Positions 28,068-41,954 of a DNA stretch of 64,000 bases are shown one piece after another. Numbering within the stretch: the first letter of the stretch is position 1; the number at the start of each line of letters is the position of its first letter. The translations under genes were made by a program, and so were the position numbers. Below the pieces are notes generated by a model that ran no database searches, was not told the origin of the DNA, and saw nothing but the letters and a program-made list of their open reading frames with translations. The DNA is from Eledone cirrhosa (Eukaryota), in NCBI GenBank assembly GCA_964016885.1, contig OZ024750.1, positions 23,436,001 through 23,500,000 on the forward strand, in the 5' to 3' direction.

Positions 28068-28357
28068 TTGTCGATCGACTTTCATCAAATCGGACCGATG
28101 AAACAATGTTTCCATTGGTCTTTCCAATTGTTAATACTATCTATAGGTCGGAACTCCAGGTAGAAGGAGCAACTTGAAATAAAGTGCCTTGTTCAAGGAC
28201 ATAACACGCCGCCCGGTCCAACTGACAACCTCACGATTGCGAATCCAGTTCTCTAACCAATCGGCCACACGCCTTCACAAAATACATCATAAAATAAACA
28301 TTAACAGATTCAAGAGAAGGAAAAATCAAAAAGAACAGTTTTTAAAATTCTTGTTTT

Positions 28358-28363
28358 TTTATT
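28358..28363 (-). terminator. Candidate polyadenylation signal (AATAAA) of the sHSP-like gene
   Basis: tttatt on the plus strand, about 260 nt downstream of the stop codon. AT-rich context, so a chance match is possible. Confidence 0.4.
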
Positions 28364-28621
28364 TCTCCAAGATAAAACTTTGAATACAGGAATTATTGAA
28401 TTAGAAATCAAAGAAACTAGAAGATAATAAAAGAAGGTAATGTTATACAGAGGATAGTAATATGTAGAAAACGTAGAGAAGATAGTAATATATATAAAAC
28501 AATATATATAGAAGATATATTATAGAAGATATAATATATGGAAGATATAATATGTGGAAGATTATAAAATATACTATATTATGGACGTTCACACGGAGAC
28601 GTTCTTTGTTGATGTAGTAAA

Positions 28622-28947
28622 TCAGTTTTTATAATTGATTGGGATTATTATAAGAGGAGGCTCTTTAACTGGAGCCTCAGCTATCAGTGTTTGATTCTGT
28701 ATAATCACCGAAATGTGATCCAATTTGACGGTTTTTGGAAGTATTTCTCCGAGGCTGGTCAAAGTGTTTTGATTGAACATTTTTTTCAGTCCTGTGATCT
28801 GGAAGAACTGGCCTCGGCGAGTCGCGTTTATACTTGAAATATTATATCCAATTAAGTTCAATTTAAATCTCCAAATATATGTATCGTTGTTAATCTTGAC
28901 GAAATTTGCATTAGCTCCAGGTGGAAACTTGAAATAATTACGTATCC
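28622..28947 (-). CDS. Exon 2 (terminal) of the sHSP-like gene (alpha-crystallin-like domain plus IxI motif)
   Basis: Non-repetitive open frame of 107 codons after a strong AG acceptor (28949-28948). Beta-strand alternation, LP..V motif, L...AP motif, terminal IPI. Confidence 0.82.
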
Positions 28948-31900
28948 CTATAAAATGAAAATAGAAATAAGTTAAAGTATATTTCAAATGTCTTCAAAAT
29001 AGAAATATAAAACATTTTTTAATGGAGAATTCGTGACATTTTGATTTGTGATCCTATTAATAAAAAAAATGCCCGAAACCACCACAGGTTAGATGATAGG
29101 AAACCGTTTGTTTTGAAGTGCTTATCTACAAACCTTCCATCATATGTTAAAACATATATCAAGCTATGCTTAATAACTTTTGCTCAAGTTATGCTTAATA
29201 ACCTTTGTCTGTATTTTGGAGAGAAAAAAAAAATCCTCATTAGAGTGAGATTGGTTCCGTGCAAAGCCTTTCCTCACTTAAAAAAGCTTCAAGCACTGGC
29301 ATCGCTTGATATGTGACATTTTTTTGCGATGCATGGTATTGCTGGCCTTAGGCAAGTCCCTAGTAGGATTAAAAAGCTACGTCTATGATACTCATGCTTA
29401 AGTATCAAGCGATGGCATTATCTCGCGAGTTGCAGCCATCATATAATATCGCCTATGACAAGCAGTGAAATTGTGTCCCGGATGCCACTTGCAGCGACAC
29501 TTTCTCCAGCCGCAACCTGGTGCAGTCTGCGACTAACCCAGGTTCTGCTGCACGTCGGGCTGAGGAGACCAAACTCTCCAAGTACCGGCCGCTCTCCGAC
29601 AGGTTTGCGGTCGTACCCTTGGCAGTGGAGACTTCTGGTGTCCTTGGTCCTAGGGCTACCTCCCTTCTCACCACCATAGGCGCTGAGCTGGCCAGCCGCG
29701 GGAGTGAGCCTCGCAAGTTGGAATAGCTCTTCCAGCGCATCTCCCTTACCATTCTCCGGGGTCGTGGGACCTCATTTGCTCATCAGAGAGATGGGGAGGC
29801 GATGACAGTGGGAGTTCGGCTCTTCCACGTTCGGACCATATCCTTGTGGTTGTGTTCATCATCTATAGATAACTATATAACATTTCAATCTTTAACTATG
29901 AACCTAATAATTAATATAAATACTTTAATGATCCAGCCACTATAGTACTTCTCACCCATGATAATCAAAGACAGATCATACATCTCACTCTCTGACGATG
30001 GCTTATCTGACTTGAATAGAAAGTGCTCCTAGTTCAAGTGGCGTCCCCCTTCAAGTGACGCCCATGGCATGAGCCCTGTTTGCCATACTCTAGTTACGCC
30101 TCTGTTTACAGGCCCCAAAGTTTTAGTTTAGATCCAGAAATCATACAGTATTTAATGTGAACTAGGAAATATAAAGCAGTATTGATTTTGAATTATTGAA
30201 TATTCGTGTTCCAGAGAATAAAACAACGAATTGTTGAGTTACAGCTTTTTGATCGATAAATATAGGTGTGTTATATCGCCTGGCTAGTACAAAGAGGAGA
30301 GCAGATGGCGCTGTTGACAGAAGGTTTTGAGAATGTTTACTAAACTTAAAAGATATGTCAAGAATGTAGGTTCCTAATATAAAAAAGATGAGATGGTGAT
30401 GGCTGGAATGATTTTGATCATAAATCTGTTCCATTTAGGCCAGTGTTTCCCAACGTGGGCGTTAGTGCCCCCTTGTGGGTGCTGTTGTGTTGAAAGGGGG
30501 CGCTGGGAGTTTTTATTTCATGGGGGGGGGCGTGAAATCTACTCAGGTGGGTGGTGGGTATTTATCCAATTTTTTTTCTTTCAAATTTTCAAAATTTAAA
30601 AAACACTTTTTCCACTTTGGACTTTGATTGATCCCTGGCGATTAATATATATATATATGCATGCGTTGAAATAATTATAATGAATAAACGATTTATGTAA
30701 CATCACCATCTTTATTAATGTTGTTATCATATATGTATATGTGTGTATAAATGTGTATGTATATTGGTGTGTGTGAATATGCATGCATGTATATGAATGT
30801 GTTTATATATGAATGTATGTATGTAGTTAGTCTATGCAGTTATGTGTGATTTTCGTGACATGTATCAATAATTGTTTCTACTTTTGGCACAAGGCCAGCA
30901 ATTACCCAGTGCATTACTGGTACTTTATTTTATCGACCCCGTAAAGATGAAAGGTAAAGTTAACCTCGGCGGGATTTGAACTCAGAATGGCAAGGGCCGT
31001 AACTATGCGTCAAAGCATGGTGTCCGCCCCTCTACCGATACTGCCAATCCACCACACTCATTCCAATCCACCACCCTCAGCCAATCCACCAATGACAAAG
31101 AAATATATAACAAGGTGACAAATTATCTAACACGACAACAACACAGCGATATAACTGTCCAATGGAAGTATTTATTGTTATTGTTTGAAGTTTTACTGCT
31201 TAAATGATTGATTTCAAACTTAAAATAAACAATCTTTATAGTTTGTTAAATTTACTTCCGTTGTAATGTGTGATTTACGTGACAAGTCTATAACTCTTGA
31301 ACTTTTCGTTATATTTCTAGAGAAAAATACTGCCCATAATTTTGGAAATATTCATAAATCTGGAGGGATTTAGTAATATAATTACCGTATTTCCCGGCGT
31401 CGCAGACGCAATTTTTTTCCTAAAATAAGTCTCAAAAATCTACCATGCGTCCTGGAGGCCGAAGGTTGTTTATTATTATTTTTATTTTATTTTATTTATT
31501 TTTTTTTTTTTAATTTTTGGTTGTCAAAAAAAAAATAATTGTTTCTACTTTAGGCACAAGGCCTGCAATTATCCCAGTGTATTACTGGTACTTTATTTTA
31601 TCGACCCCGTAAGGATGAAAGGCAAAGTTAACCTCAGCGATAATAAACAACCTTCGGCCTCCAGGACGCATGGTAGATAGATTTTTGGGGGGCTTATTTT
31701 AGAAAAAAGTAGCATCTTCAACGCCGGGAAATACGGTAAATAGTTTCGTATCATAGGACCAGGTGTGGTTTCAGGTGGTTTGATATGAAAGGGGTGACAC
31801 TAGCACTTTCTATTGTCGTCCCTAGAGAAGAATTTCAAATCCCACGGGAGGAATGTTAATCAAGGAATCCAAACTAAGGAAGAATAGTATATCTTGTGTA

Positions 31901-34323
31901 TATATCAAATGAAATACTAATATACCCAACTATAAGGGCGATCATGTATTAACTATTGACTAAACCTGCTGCTTCAGACTTAATTCCATTTGAGACTATA
32001 TAATTATTGGAGTTTGAAAAGCTTGCTCAATTTATATGGTACTTGACTAGATGGCGAAGAATTGAGGAAACCTGAGATTGCAAGGAGACGAATGGAAGTT
32101 GGGTCTCTGAGAACCACTGATTTAAGTATTTGAAACTTAAAACTAGCAACAATCCCTACACTGTTAAATTTGCTTGTGTTATAACTTGTGGTATAACTTG
32201 TGGTTTACGTGACATGTGTAAAACTGCCTTATTAGGACTGGAAGACGCTTTTATGCTGAAAGGCCACATTGAAATTAACTGATATCAAATTTTGAAAAAC
32301 AAAATGCTGTCTCGCTAAACCTTAGTTATTTTATGAACTATAATTATTTATAAAAACTGTAACAAATATATTTTTCTACATGTCATAATTAGTTAAATAG
32401 ATAGATATTAAAATCAGTGAAAATATGAAGGTTTGCCTTCGAACGTTGTGCTTCTTTGAGAAGGTCACAGACTCCCCAACCTTGTGTTAGACAATAACAC
32501 TTTCTACTGTTTACTCGAGCGAGGCTTCCAATTTAAAAGTTGTAGTTATCGTCGTTGTCTTCATCAGTTTTACGTTTGCTTTTTCCATGCTTGAATACGC
32601 TGGACGAGTCCATCCCAGCACAGCTTGGTTCCACTTGTTACTTTCCTTCGTCATCTCTTCTGTGAGATTCAACATCCCGAGACAATCTTTCAATACTTCT
32701 GCCAAATCGCAGCATATAAGTCGATGTTTTAAACACGAAAAAAAGCTTTCCAAAACGAAGCAGACGACTTAGAAGGATGAATCGGTATCGCCGAGTGTTA
32801 AGTAAGTGGAGTAGATCTTTACTACAGTGCACTTCTTACTCTAAGTCCAGTAAGATGACACGAATGTTTCCAATTAAAACTTCAGTTCGGTGAACTTATC
32901 TAATATATATAACAAATAGATTTGCTGGTCCCATTATTAAGGAGTCGTAGGGGTGCCTTAAAATTTTATACTCTAGGTTTCACAATAGCCGGTTTCTTCT
33001 CTTCCAGAGAAAAAGAAGAAGAGACTCCAATACAAGATTTGTATTCTATTCATCGAACTCGAAATGATTAAAAGCAAAATTGACCACGGCGGGATTTGAA
33101 CTCAGAGCGCAGATTCATTTCATCTGACGCGCTAACGACTTTGCCAATTCGTCGCCTATAAACGAAGAGATTACTGGTATCAAGAAAAACATTATGACAC
33201 TACAGAACGAAAACAGAGTGTGTGTTGGTGTGGGAGGTTTTGCGTATAAACAAATGTTAACGATGTTTAAAAAAAGATAATATTAAAACAAAGAAGGTTC
33301 CTGAATAGGGAGGAGACGTTCAAGGGACATTCGTGGAAAAAACCCCATAAAACCACGGATGTTTTGATCGTTAAGGTAAGTGCCCTGTCTCAGCTGTACT
33401 CCTTCAATCTACAGGCTTGCACTCAGAGCGGGGCCATGCTCGGCTTCTCTCACCTACCTTTCAACAAATTGCTTTGAAGGCAGCACTTCTCTCTCTACCC
33501 TGATTTGCCTCCTCAAGTGGAACCTAAAGAAGGTAATCAGGGTTTCCTCCAAAGAGGAAATTGCTCGTCTTCAAACCTTCCAAGCATGTCCGATAATAAA
33601 GAAGAAAAAACAACCATAGGAAAGCCATAAATGAATACAGTATATTTAAGCATTTTGAAGAATGTTTACTATTGTATTTTACTATAAGTCAATTTGACCC
33701 GAGAATATCTTTCAATAAGATCTTCAGTAGATCTTATTGTAAGTTTAAGAAGACAATCTAAAACTGCAGCTATAGGCCAAACTGAGCTAGAAACTTAAAA
33801 TCGACTTGTATGCCAGGTTTACTTCACAACAGTTTATATATATCGACAAGATCCCAGACCTCATTCACTTAACGAGTTGGGTGGAGCTCGTCAAATCGGA
33901 CCGAGGAAACAATGTTTTCATCGGTCTTTCCAATTGCTAATACTATCTGTCGGTCGCAAATCCAGGTAGAAGGAGCAACATGAAATCAAAAGTCTTGTTC
34001 AAGGACATAACACATTTCCCGGTCCAGGAATCGAACTCACAACCTCACGATTGCGAATCCAATTCTCTAACCACTCAGCCACACGCCTTCACCATATATA
34101 TATATATCCCTGTTTCAATTGGGGTAACCACAGTAAGTAAGGTACTCAATACATAATAGAGTATATACAATATTTAATATTGAATGAATCAGTTCTAGTC
34201 AGAAGGAGCAACGTGAAATAAAGTGTCTTGCTCAAAGACATAATGTATCACTCGGTCCGGGAATCGAAATCACAACCTCACGATTGCGAATCCAATTCTC
34301 TAACCACTCAGCCATGCGCCTTC

Positions 34324-34398
<75 letters not shown>

Positions 34399-34585
34399 CA
34401 TTTTAAGCAAAATTCAAGTTTACAATATATAGTTAGTTAAAGTTACCTTGAAAAACTGACTCCATATGGGGAAGTTTTGGTAAGAGCGAAGATATGTCAC
34501 CAAATATCGATGCCTCTGCTGTATGCATTGGCAGTAACACGCTGAACAGAACCACACAAAAAACGTATGTTTTAATCGCCGACAT
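28622..34585 (-). CDS. Two-exon gene for a putative secreted small heat-shock/alpha-crystallin-domain protein (154 aa), join(complement(34447..34585),complement(28622..28947))
   Basis: Exon 1 MSAIKTYVFCVVLFSVLLPMHTAEA|SIFGDISSLLPKLPHMESVFQ ends CAA G|GTAACT (phase 1). Exon 2 follows a polypyrimidine tract ...tttcattttatag|GG ATA CGT (phase 1, reconstitutes Gly) and runs open to TGA at 28622. Exon 2 has an ACD-like pattern: FKLNLIGY..SI.A......QITG ... LPKTVKLDHISVII.NQTLIAEAP ... IIIPI. Upstream TATA and downstream AATAAA are present. Confidence 0.8.
29450..29830 (+). mobile_element. CRE-clade non-LTR 3' remnant
   Basis: DATCSDT...GSAARRAEETKLSKYRPL..RFAVVPLAVETSGVLG...LFQRISL.ILRG. Confidence 0.75.
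30868..31052 (-). mobile_element. SINE family A (in the intron of the sHSP-like gene)
   Basis: Full-length reverse-complement copy. Confidence 0.85.
31383..31738. mobile_element. TA-target MITE composite: two inverted right halves around a SINE fragment
   Basis: TIRs at both ends; both arms carry the ggcctccaggacgcatggtag segment in opposite orientation. Confidence 0.7.
34447..34585 (-). CDS. Exon 1 of the sHSP-like gene (signal peptide plus N-terminal region)
   Basis: First ATG after the TATA box, context aagaaaATG. Basic n-region, hydrophobic core VFCVVLFSVLL, A-E-A cleavage motif at residues 23-25. GT donor at 34446-34445. Confidence 0.82.
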
Positions 34586-34748
34586 TTTCTTTGTCGTCTG
34601 TTTCTTAGACTTCACTTCTGAATTAATCGTCTGCCACACCACGGATTTGTTTTATTCAGTCAGTATCGAATCTTCTCTACACCTGTGCAACGTTTCCCCG
34701 TCCTCGTGTCTTCTATCAAAGCTTATTCTATTCGCTACCAACTCTTTT

Positions 34749-34900
34749 TTTATATATGTTGCTGCTGCTGGTGGTACGGTGACAGCTGTTTGTTCCTCCT
34801 ATAACTGTCTGCTGTTGTTGTTGCTGCTGTCGTTGCTTTCTGTTGACTGTAATATAGGATTGGTAGATTCACTGATATGTGGTTACTGAAATTTCTAGAT
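34749..34900 (-). promoter_or_regulatory. Core promoter of the sHSP-like gene: TATA box, CCAAT box, HSE-like element
   Basis: TATATAAA on the minus strand at 34756-34749, about 165 nt upstream of the ATG with no intervening ATG. CCAATC at 34863-34858. GAAatTTCtaGAT at 34888-34900 matches 8 of 9 core positions of nGAAnnTTCnnGAAn. Confidence 0.55.
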
Positions 34901-34947
34901 TAAATAATTTTTTTTTTTTTGGCAAGAATTTCAAAATATTGCAAATA

Positions 34948-35022
<75 letters not shown>

Positions 35023-35231
35023 TATTTCCCAATGTTTCCTTTGGTCTTTCCAATTGCTAATACTATCGGCCGCAACTCCTGATAGAAGAAGCAACGTGAA
35101 ATAAAGTGTCTTGCTCAAGGACATAACGAATCGAACTGACAAGCTTACGATTGTGAATCCAGTTCTCTAACCAACCAGCCGCACACACACACACGCATAT
35201 ATATATATATATATATATATATTCTATTCTC

Positions 35232-35400
35232 TAGGGCGGGTAAAATTCCCGAGATCCATGGACAAGTTCTCTCCAGCGGTCTCTGTCCCTCATTATCGCT
35301 GCCATGTCCTGCGTCTCCAACAGACCAGTGTCTGTCCTTAGGGCATCAACATACGTTAACCTTGGTCTTCCTCTTCCAGTGTGTCCATGTAGGGGCTCCC
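35232..35400 (-). mobile_element. RTE-LINE 3' tip
   Basis: WEP.HG..GRGRPRLTYVD.L..DTGL...MRDRDRWRE. Confidence 0.65.
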
Positions 35401-36049
35401 ACACACATATATATATATATATGTGTGTGTGTGTATATATAAATGTGCGCGCACACACACACACACCGGATGATTACTCAATACATGCAAAGCAGAGTAT
35501 AAAGTTATATTTCTCGAAGTTTCGGTGATGGTGCCTTTTTACCTCTTTAAATCATCTAAAGAGGCACCATTACGGAAACTTCAAAGCCACCATCACCACC
35601 ACCTTTTTCTTTCTTCCGGAAATGTACACATGCCTTGAGGGAAGCTGAATATTGAGGGTGTCTGTGGCCTGATGATGTTTGTCATCTTTATACCAGTATA
35701 GTGGTGTGTTTTTGTTTGTTTGTTTGTTTGTTTGTTTTATTACGTCATCGTCTTTCTTTGCGATGTATAAATTTGGTTTAGATTTGTTTCTTGGTTATCG
35801 ATTTCAGGTTTTATTGATTAGACATGAATTATTTGGTGGTTGATTTGCTTGTGTTGGCGTTGTTTTATTATATTAAACGCTGTGCTTTATAGTATCTGTG
35901 TGGTGGGTCTTCCGTAGTTTTAGGTTTGTGGTATTCGTTGTTAAGTGGGGTTGTAGGCTAACTTTGCCTTTCATCCTTACGAGGTCGATAAAATAAAGTA
36001 CCAGTAATGCACTGGGGTAATTGCTGGCCTTGTGCCAATAGTAGAAACA

Positions 36050-37402
<1,353 letters not shown>

Positions 37403-37649
37403 GGATCAGTGGAAAGACCAATGGAAATGTTCTTTCATTGATCCGATCTGGCGATCATCGGTTAGTATCAACAATGGAAAGACCAATGGTAAAGCTATTT
37501 CCTTGGTTCTATCTAATAATCGGCTCTTTTCCTTTCCTTCTTATTTCTATTGCCATTCGGCGTTACACCAAGTTAAACCACGATCTATGATCCTATGCTG
37601 CTAAATTGTGGTACATTATTTACGACTGGTGGTACATTATTTACGAAGA

Positions 37650-38172
37650 GCGGTGGATTGGCAGTATCGGTAGAGGGTCGGACGCCATGCTTTCCAGCAT
37701 AGTTACGTCCCTTTACGATCTGAGTTCAAATCCCGCTGAGGTTGACTTTGCCTTTCATCCTTACGGGGTCGATAAAATAAAGTACCAGTAATGCACTGGG
37801 TAATTGCTGGCCTTGTGCCTAAAGTAGAAACAATTATTTACGACCGGTCTGAGTTCAAATCCCGCTGGGTTAACTTTGCCTTTCATCCTTACGGGGTCGA
37901 TAAAATAAAGTACCAGTAATACACTGAGAAGATTGTTTGCCTTGTGCCTAAAGTAGAAACAATTATTTTCGAAGTCAAAGGGTGGTGGATTGGCAGTATC
38001 GGTAGAGGGTCTGACGCCATGCTTTGCAGCATAGAGTTACGGCCCTTTATGGTCTGAGTTCAAATCCGGCCGAGGTTAACTTTGCCTTTCATTCTTACGG
38101 AGTCGATAAAATAAAGTACCAGTAATACACTGGGATAATTGCTGGCCTTGTGCCAATAGTAGAAACAATTAT
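37650..38172 (+). mobile_element. Three head-to-tail SINE A copies
   Basis: Full, 5'-truncated and full copies, each ending in a variant of aattatttacga. Confidence 0.85.
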
Positions 38173-40149
38173 TTACGAAGTCATATATGTCCCAAGTGAA
38201 GGCGTGTGGCTGATTGGTTAGAGAACTGGATTCGCAATTGTGAGGTTGTCAGTTCGATTACTGGACCGGGTGATGCGTTATGTCCTTGAGCAAGACACTT
38301 TATTTCACGTTGTTCCTTCTACCTGGAGTTGCGACCGATAGATAGTATTAGCAATTGGAAAGACCAACGGAAACATTGTTTCCTCGGTCTGATTTGACGA
38401 AAGTCGATCGACAAAAATATGTCCCTACATTTTATATTATTACACAGTTTTTGAACTCAGAACGTAAAGGGCCTCAGCATAGAGTTACGGCCCTTAACGT
38501 TCTGATTTCAAATCCCGCTGAGGTTAGCTTTTTCTTTCATCTTTACGGGGTCGATAAAATAAAGTACCAGTAATGCGCTGAGATAATTGCTGGCCTTGTG
38601 AACAAAAGTAGAAACAATTATTACACTGCTTTTAAATGTACCAATGCTTTGTGTCTTTTCCAATACGGGATTTTCTTGGTTGTAGCCGATACTGGTGTAG
38701 TTTTCTATCAATATCTCTATTGAGTTGTCTTGTCTTCTGTAATATCGCTGGCTCCGACTATGACGTCACAAACAATACATGACGTTGGAGAATTGGAATG
38801 TAACTAAGAGAAAAATGGGATCAACGGAGTGTTTTCGGACAAAGGATGTAAAATAATGGTTTCTACTTTAGGCACAAGGCCAGCAATCTTGGGCGAGGGA
38901 AAAGTTGATTAAATCCACCTCAGTGCATTACTGGTGCTTTATTTATCGACCCTGTAAGGATGAAAGCCAAGGCTAACCTTGACGGGATTTGAACTCAGAA
39001 CGTAAAGGGTCGTAACTTTATGTAGAATGATGGCGTATTAGTTTGGTATGGTATGATTAGATTACATGCTGATTAATAAACAACAATGTAGTATATATGA
39101 ATGTAGGGAGACGTAACCGCCGTATGAAGTCGTTGGCGCGCCGCCATGACATACTTCAAGGTGAAGGCACATCCGATTTCTTTTTTTTTTTTTTTTCCAG
39201 AGAATGAGAGAGTGTGATAGAGAGGAAATGAGAAAGAGATATAGAAGAAGAATTGGCCCCAGTACTGGACTTGTACTTTGCTATCAACCTCGAAAGGATG
39301 AAAAGGTAAAGTTGACCTCAGCTGAATTTGAACTCAAATCGCTGAGAACCGGAACAAATACTGCAAAGCCATCTATCGGCCGTTCCAACAACTCTGTTAA
39401 TTTGCCGCCTTTTAAACAACAACGTTACATGATGGTTAATAAAGAAACATTTATATACAACGTTATAAAGTTGGGCGCTAACATACTTGACTCAAACATT
39501 TTTATTACTGTTGTTTACTCATGTACTCCATTAAACATACAACCAGGGCTGGTGCTGCAGTTAAAGTCAACTAGGTAGTTGCCCAGGGTAAAGACCTCAG
39601 AGAGGCGCATGCTGAACCTTAAAGGATCAGTTTTATAATTTGTATAATTATATTGAATATATAATAATTTCTTGTGATCAATAAATAACTCACTAAATAT
39701 CTTTGCCACGTAGCAGCATTGTGGAAATATCCAAAACGGTCTACGTTGTGGAAAATGTAGGCTTAGTAATTTTCTTTGTTTGGTTAGAGCAAGAAGGCTT
39801 AAAAACCAGGTTCAACTTAACAAAATGTATATGTAAATTATTTTATTTGGAAGAATGGCGTACATAACTGGCAGATGTGGGTGCACATTGTCGAGCTAGC
39901 CTACGGTACTAAGTACCCAGGTGTTAGCTCTGCATACAACGTTTACAATGAACGATATATCACGTCTTCACTATTCCTCAATGCAATTGAATTTATAAAA
40001 ATCCTGCTTAGGACAGATGGTTGCCAATAGGGACAGACCATCACCAGTGTCCCCCAGCTCCAGATTTTACCATGAAATAACAAATAAGTGACAGTTTTAT
40101 ACATTCACAATTTCATATTTAGTTGTGTATGTTTACAAATAAGAAAAAT

Positions 40150-40860
40150 GAGGGGCAATAAATAAATAAAAATGAAGAGGGAAAGAAATGAGTAGGGGGG
40201 AAACTCCACACCTTTGTTTGGACGGTCTGTCTCAGCTGACCTCGCGAAAGCATTGCCATGGGAAATGACCAACAGTAGAGTAGCAGGGGGACATTGTGTC
40301 CCCCCACCCCACCGTACAACACTTTTATGTGAGTGGTAACTTTTGGGTCAGTTGTATAAGCCTGTATAGGCTGAGGGGGTCGGGAGGCGCAGCAAACGTA
40401 AGGGCTGCCCCGGAGCGGCACACATTCTAGCTACTCTTCTGATAGCCAGCGGTACCTACCCACTGCATCAACCAGTCCACTTCGTAGGATTCTATAGCTC
40501 CATCCTCCCCTCGGGCAAAATGCTCTCGTCCTGATTTGACGATACCGAACATAACAATGGCAACCAACACACAAGAAAAGGACCAATCAAAGTCAATTTA
40601 ATATAGATTCAGGAATGTCTGCCGAGCTGTTCTGCTAGAGAACAGGTCGCAGATAGCGATACGGCCACCAGATATGATGGTTAGTTGCGACATAAGCGAG
40701 CAACTGCCAGACGAATAAGCAACCCCGGAAAACTACTTGGGGAGATGCAACAATGGTTGACACCTGCGGCTCCCAAGAAAACTCTCACAACCCAGTGACA
40801 TAGCTACGACAACGTTAGTAAAGGCTGCCTCTAAATAAACCTAATCTTCGCGGGTTTGAC
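40150..40860 (+). mobile_element. Probable decayed 5' end of an RTE-like LINE (UTR plus start of AP-endonuclease)
   Basis: GC-richer block with frame-broken traces RNVC (WNVR-like), GKLLGEM and VDTCGSQE (VDI.G.QE-like). Confidence 0.35.
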
Positions 40861-41954
40861 AAAGTACCAGATTCGGGACTGACGCGAATAAGACCACTGA
40901 AACTGAAATATGATGAGGAAAACAAAAAGAAACCATACACGAATGTTATGTCAATCAAATAAAGGTTTATTTTGAAATGTGTTGCGACAAAATATAAAAA
41001 CAATAGTAATTCCCACACATTGCATTCCTGTTATAAAATAAACAACAAAAGTATCTCGACAAATTTAAACCGTCATTATTTTCACTCTTTTGATACCAAA
41101 CCACACGAAACAGCCCCCGGTTCCATGATACAAACTATTTAATTGAAAATGTTTATATTTATCTAAAAAAAAAAAAAGCCAGTCATCATAATTTTATATA
41201 AGAGCCTCTGTTAAGTTATGTTCCAAACACCAGGCTAATAATTTAAAAACTCTTAATTGTTTTTTAAATAATTTTAGACAATGTCTTTCATTAGAAATAG
41301 GATATTGAAAGGGTTAACGTGTTGTTGTACCCTGCTTGTGTAGTTCTAAATCTAATTTTGTGCAATAATTTGTTGCTGCTGTCGTTACTTTCTGTTGACT
41401 GTAATATAGGATTGGTAGATTCACTGACAAGTGGTTGTCGAAATTTCTAGATTCAATAATTTTTTTTTTTTTTTTTTGAAAGGATTTCAAAATATTGTAA
41501 ATATTGCAAAGACACGCACGCACGCACACACACACGTTTACATTTTGTGTCAAATACGACATGTACTTACATGGTAAATAATGGTTAAAAAATGTTTTAA
41601 AAAATGAATTAGCTATAAACTAATACTTTTTAGACTCAAAGAATATCAGACTCTGGGACATGGCTTTCACCTCAAACATTTGTACAGTTCTAAAATGTCC
41701 TTAAAATAAACCCTGGTATATTATGATTGTGAGAACATTTCTTTGAGGACCACTGGACTTCATTTCTAGGCCATGCAACCAGTTTCAGTCGTCATAGTGT
41801 GACCTTCTTTCAATATCTAAAAAACTGCTCTTGAAGGGTATGCAGAACTTGCGCATGTGAATTTAACACCCTCAGTTAAACCTATAATGTAAACCCCTTC
41901 TCCCAGTTATATGCACCCCACCCTCATGCGCCCCATTCTCCCAAATAAAATAAT

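Noticed and set aside
34586-34642. Upstream extension MVWQTINSEVKSKKQTTKK of ORF 34433..34642
   Set aside because: It starts at a GTG; the first ATG is at 34585, and the ORF's last codons run into the intron.
40598-40896. Possible minus-strand pseudo-exon of a secreted peptide (VLFASVPNLVLCQTRED*...) behind a good acceptor
   Set aside because: Two internal stops in 99 codons is not clearly better than chance, and the plus strand shows AP-endonuclease-like traces, so a LINE remnant is the simpler explanation.
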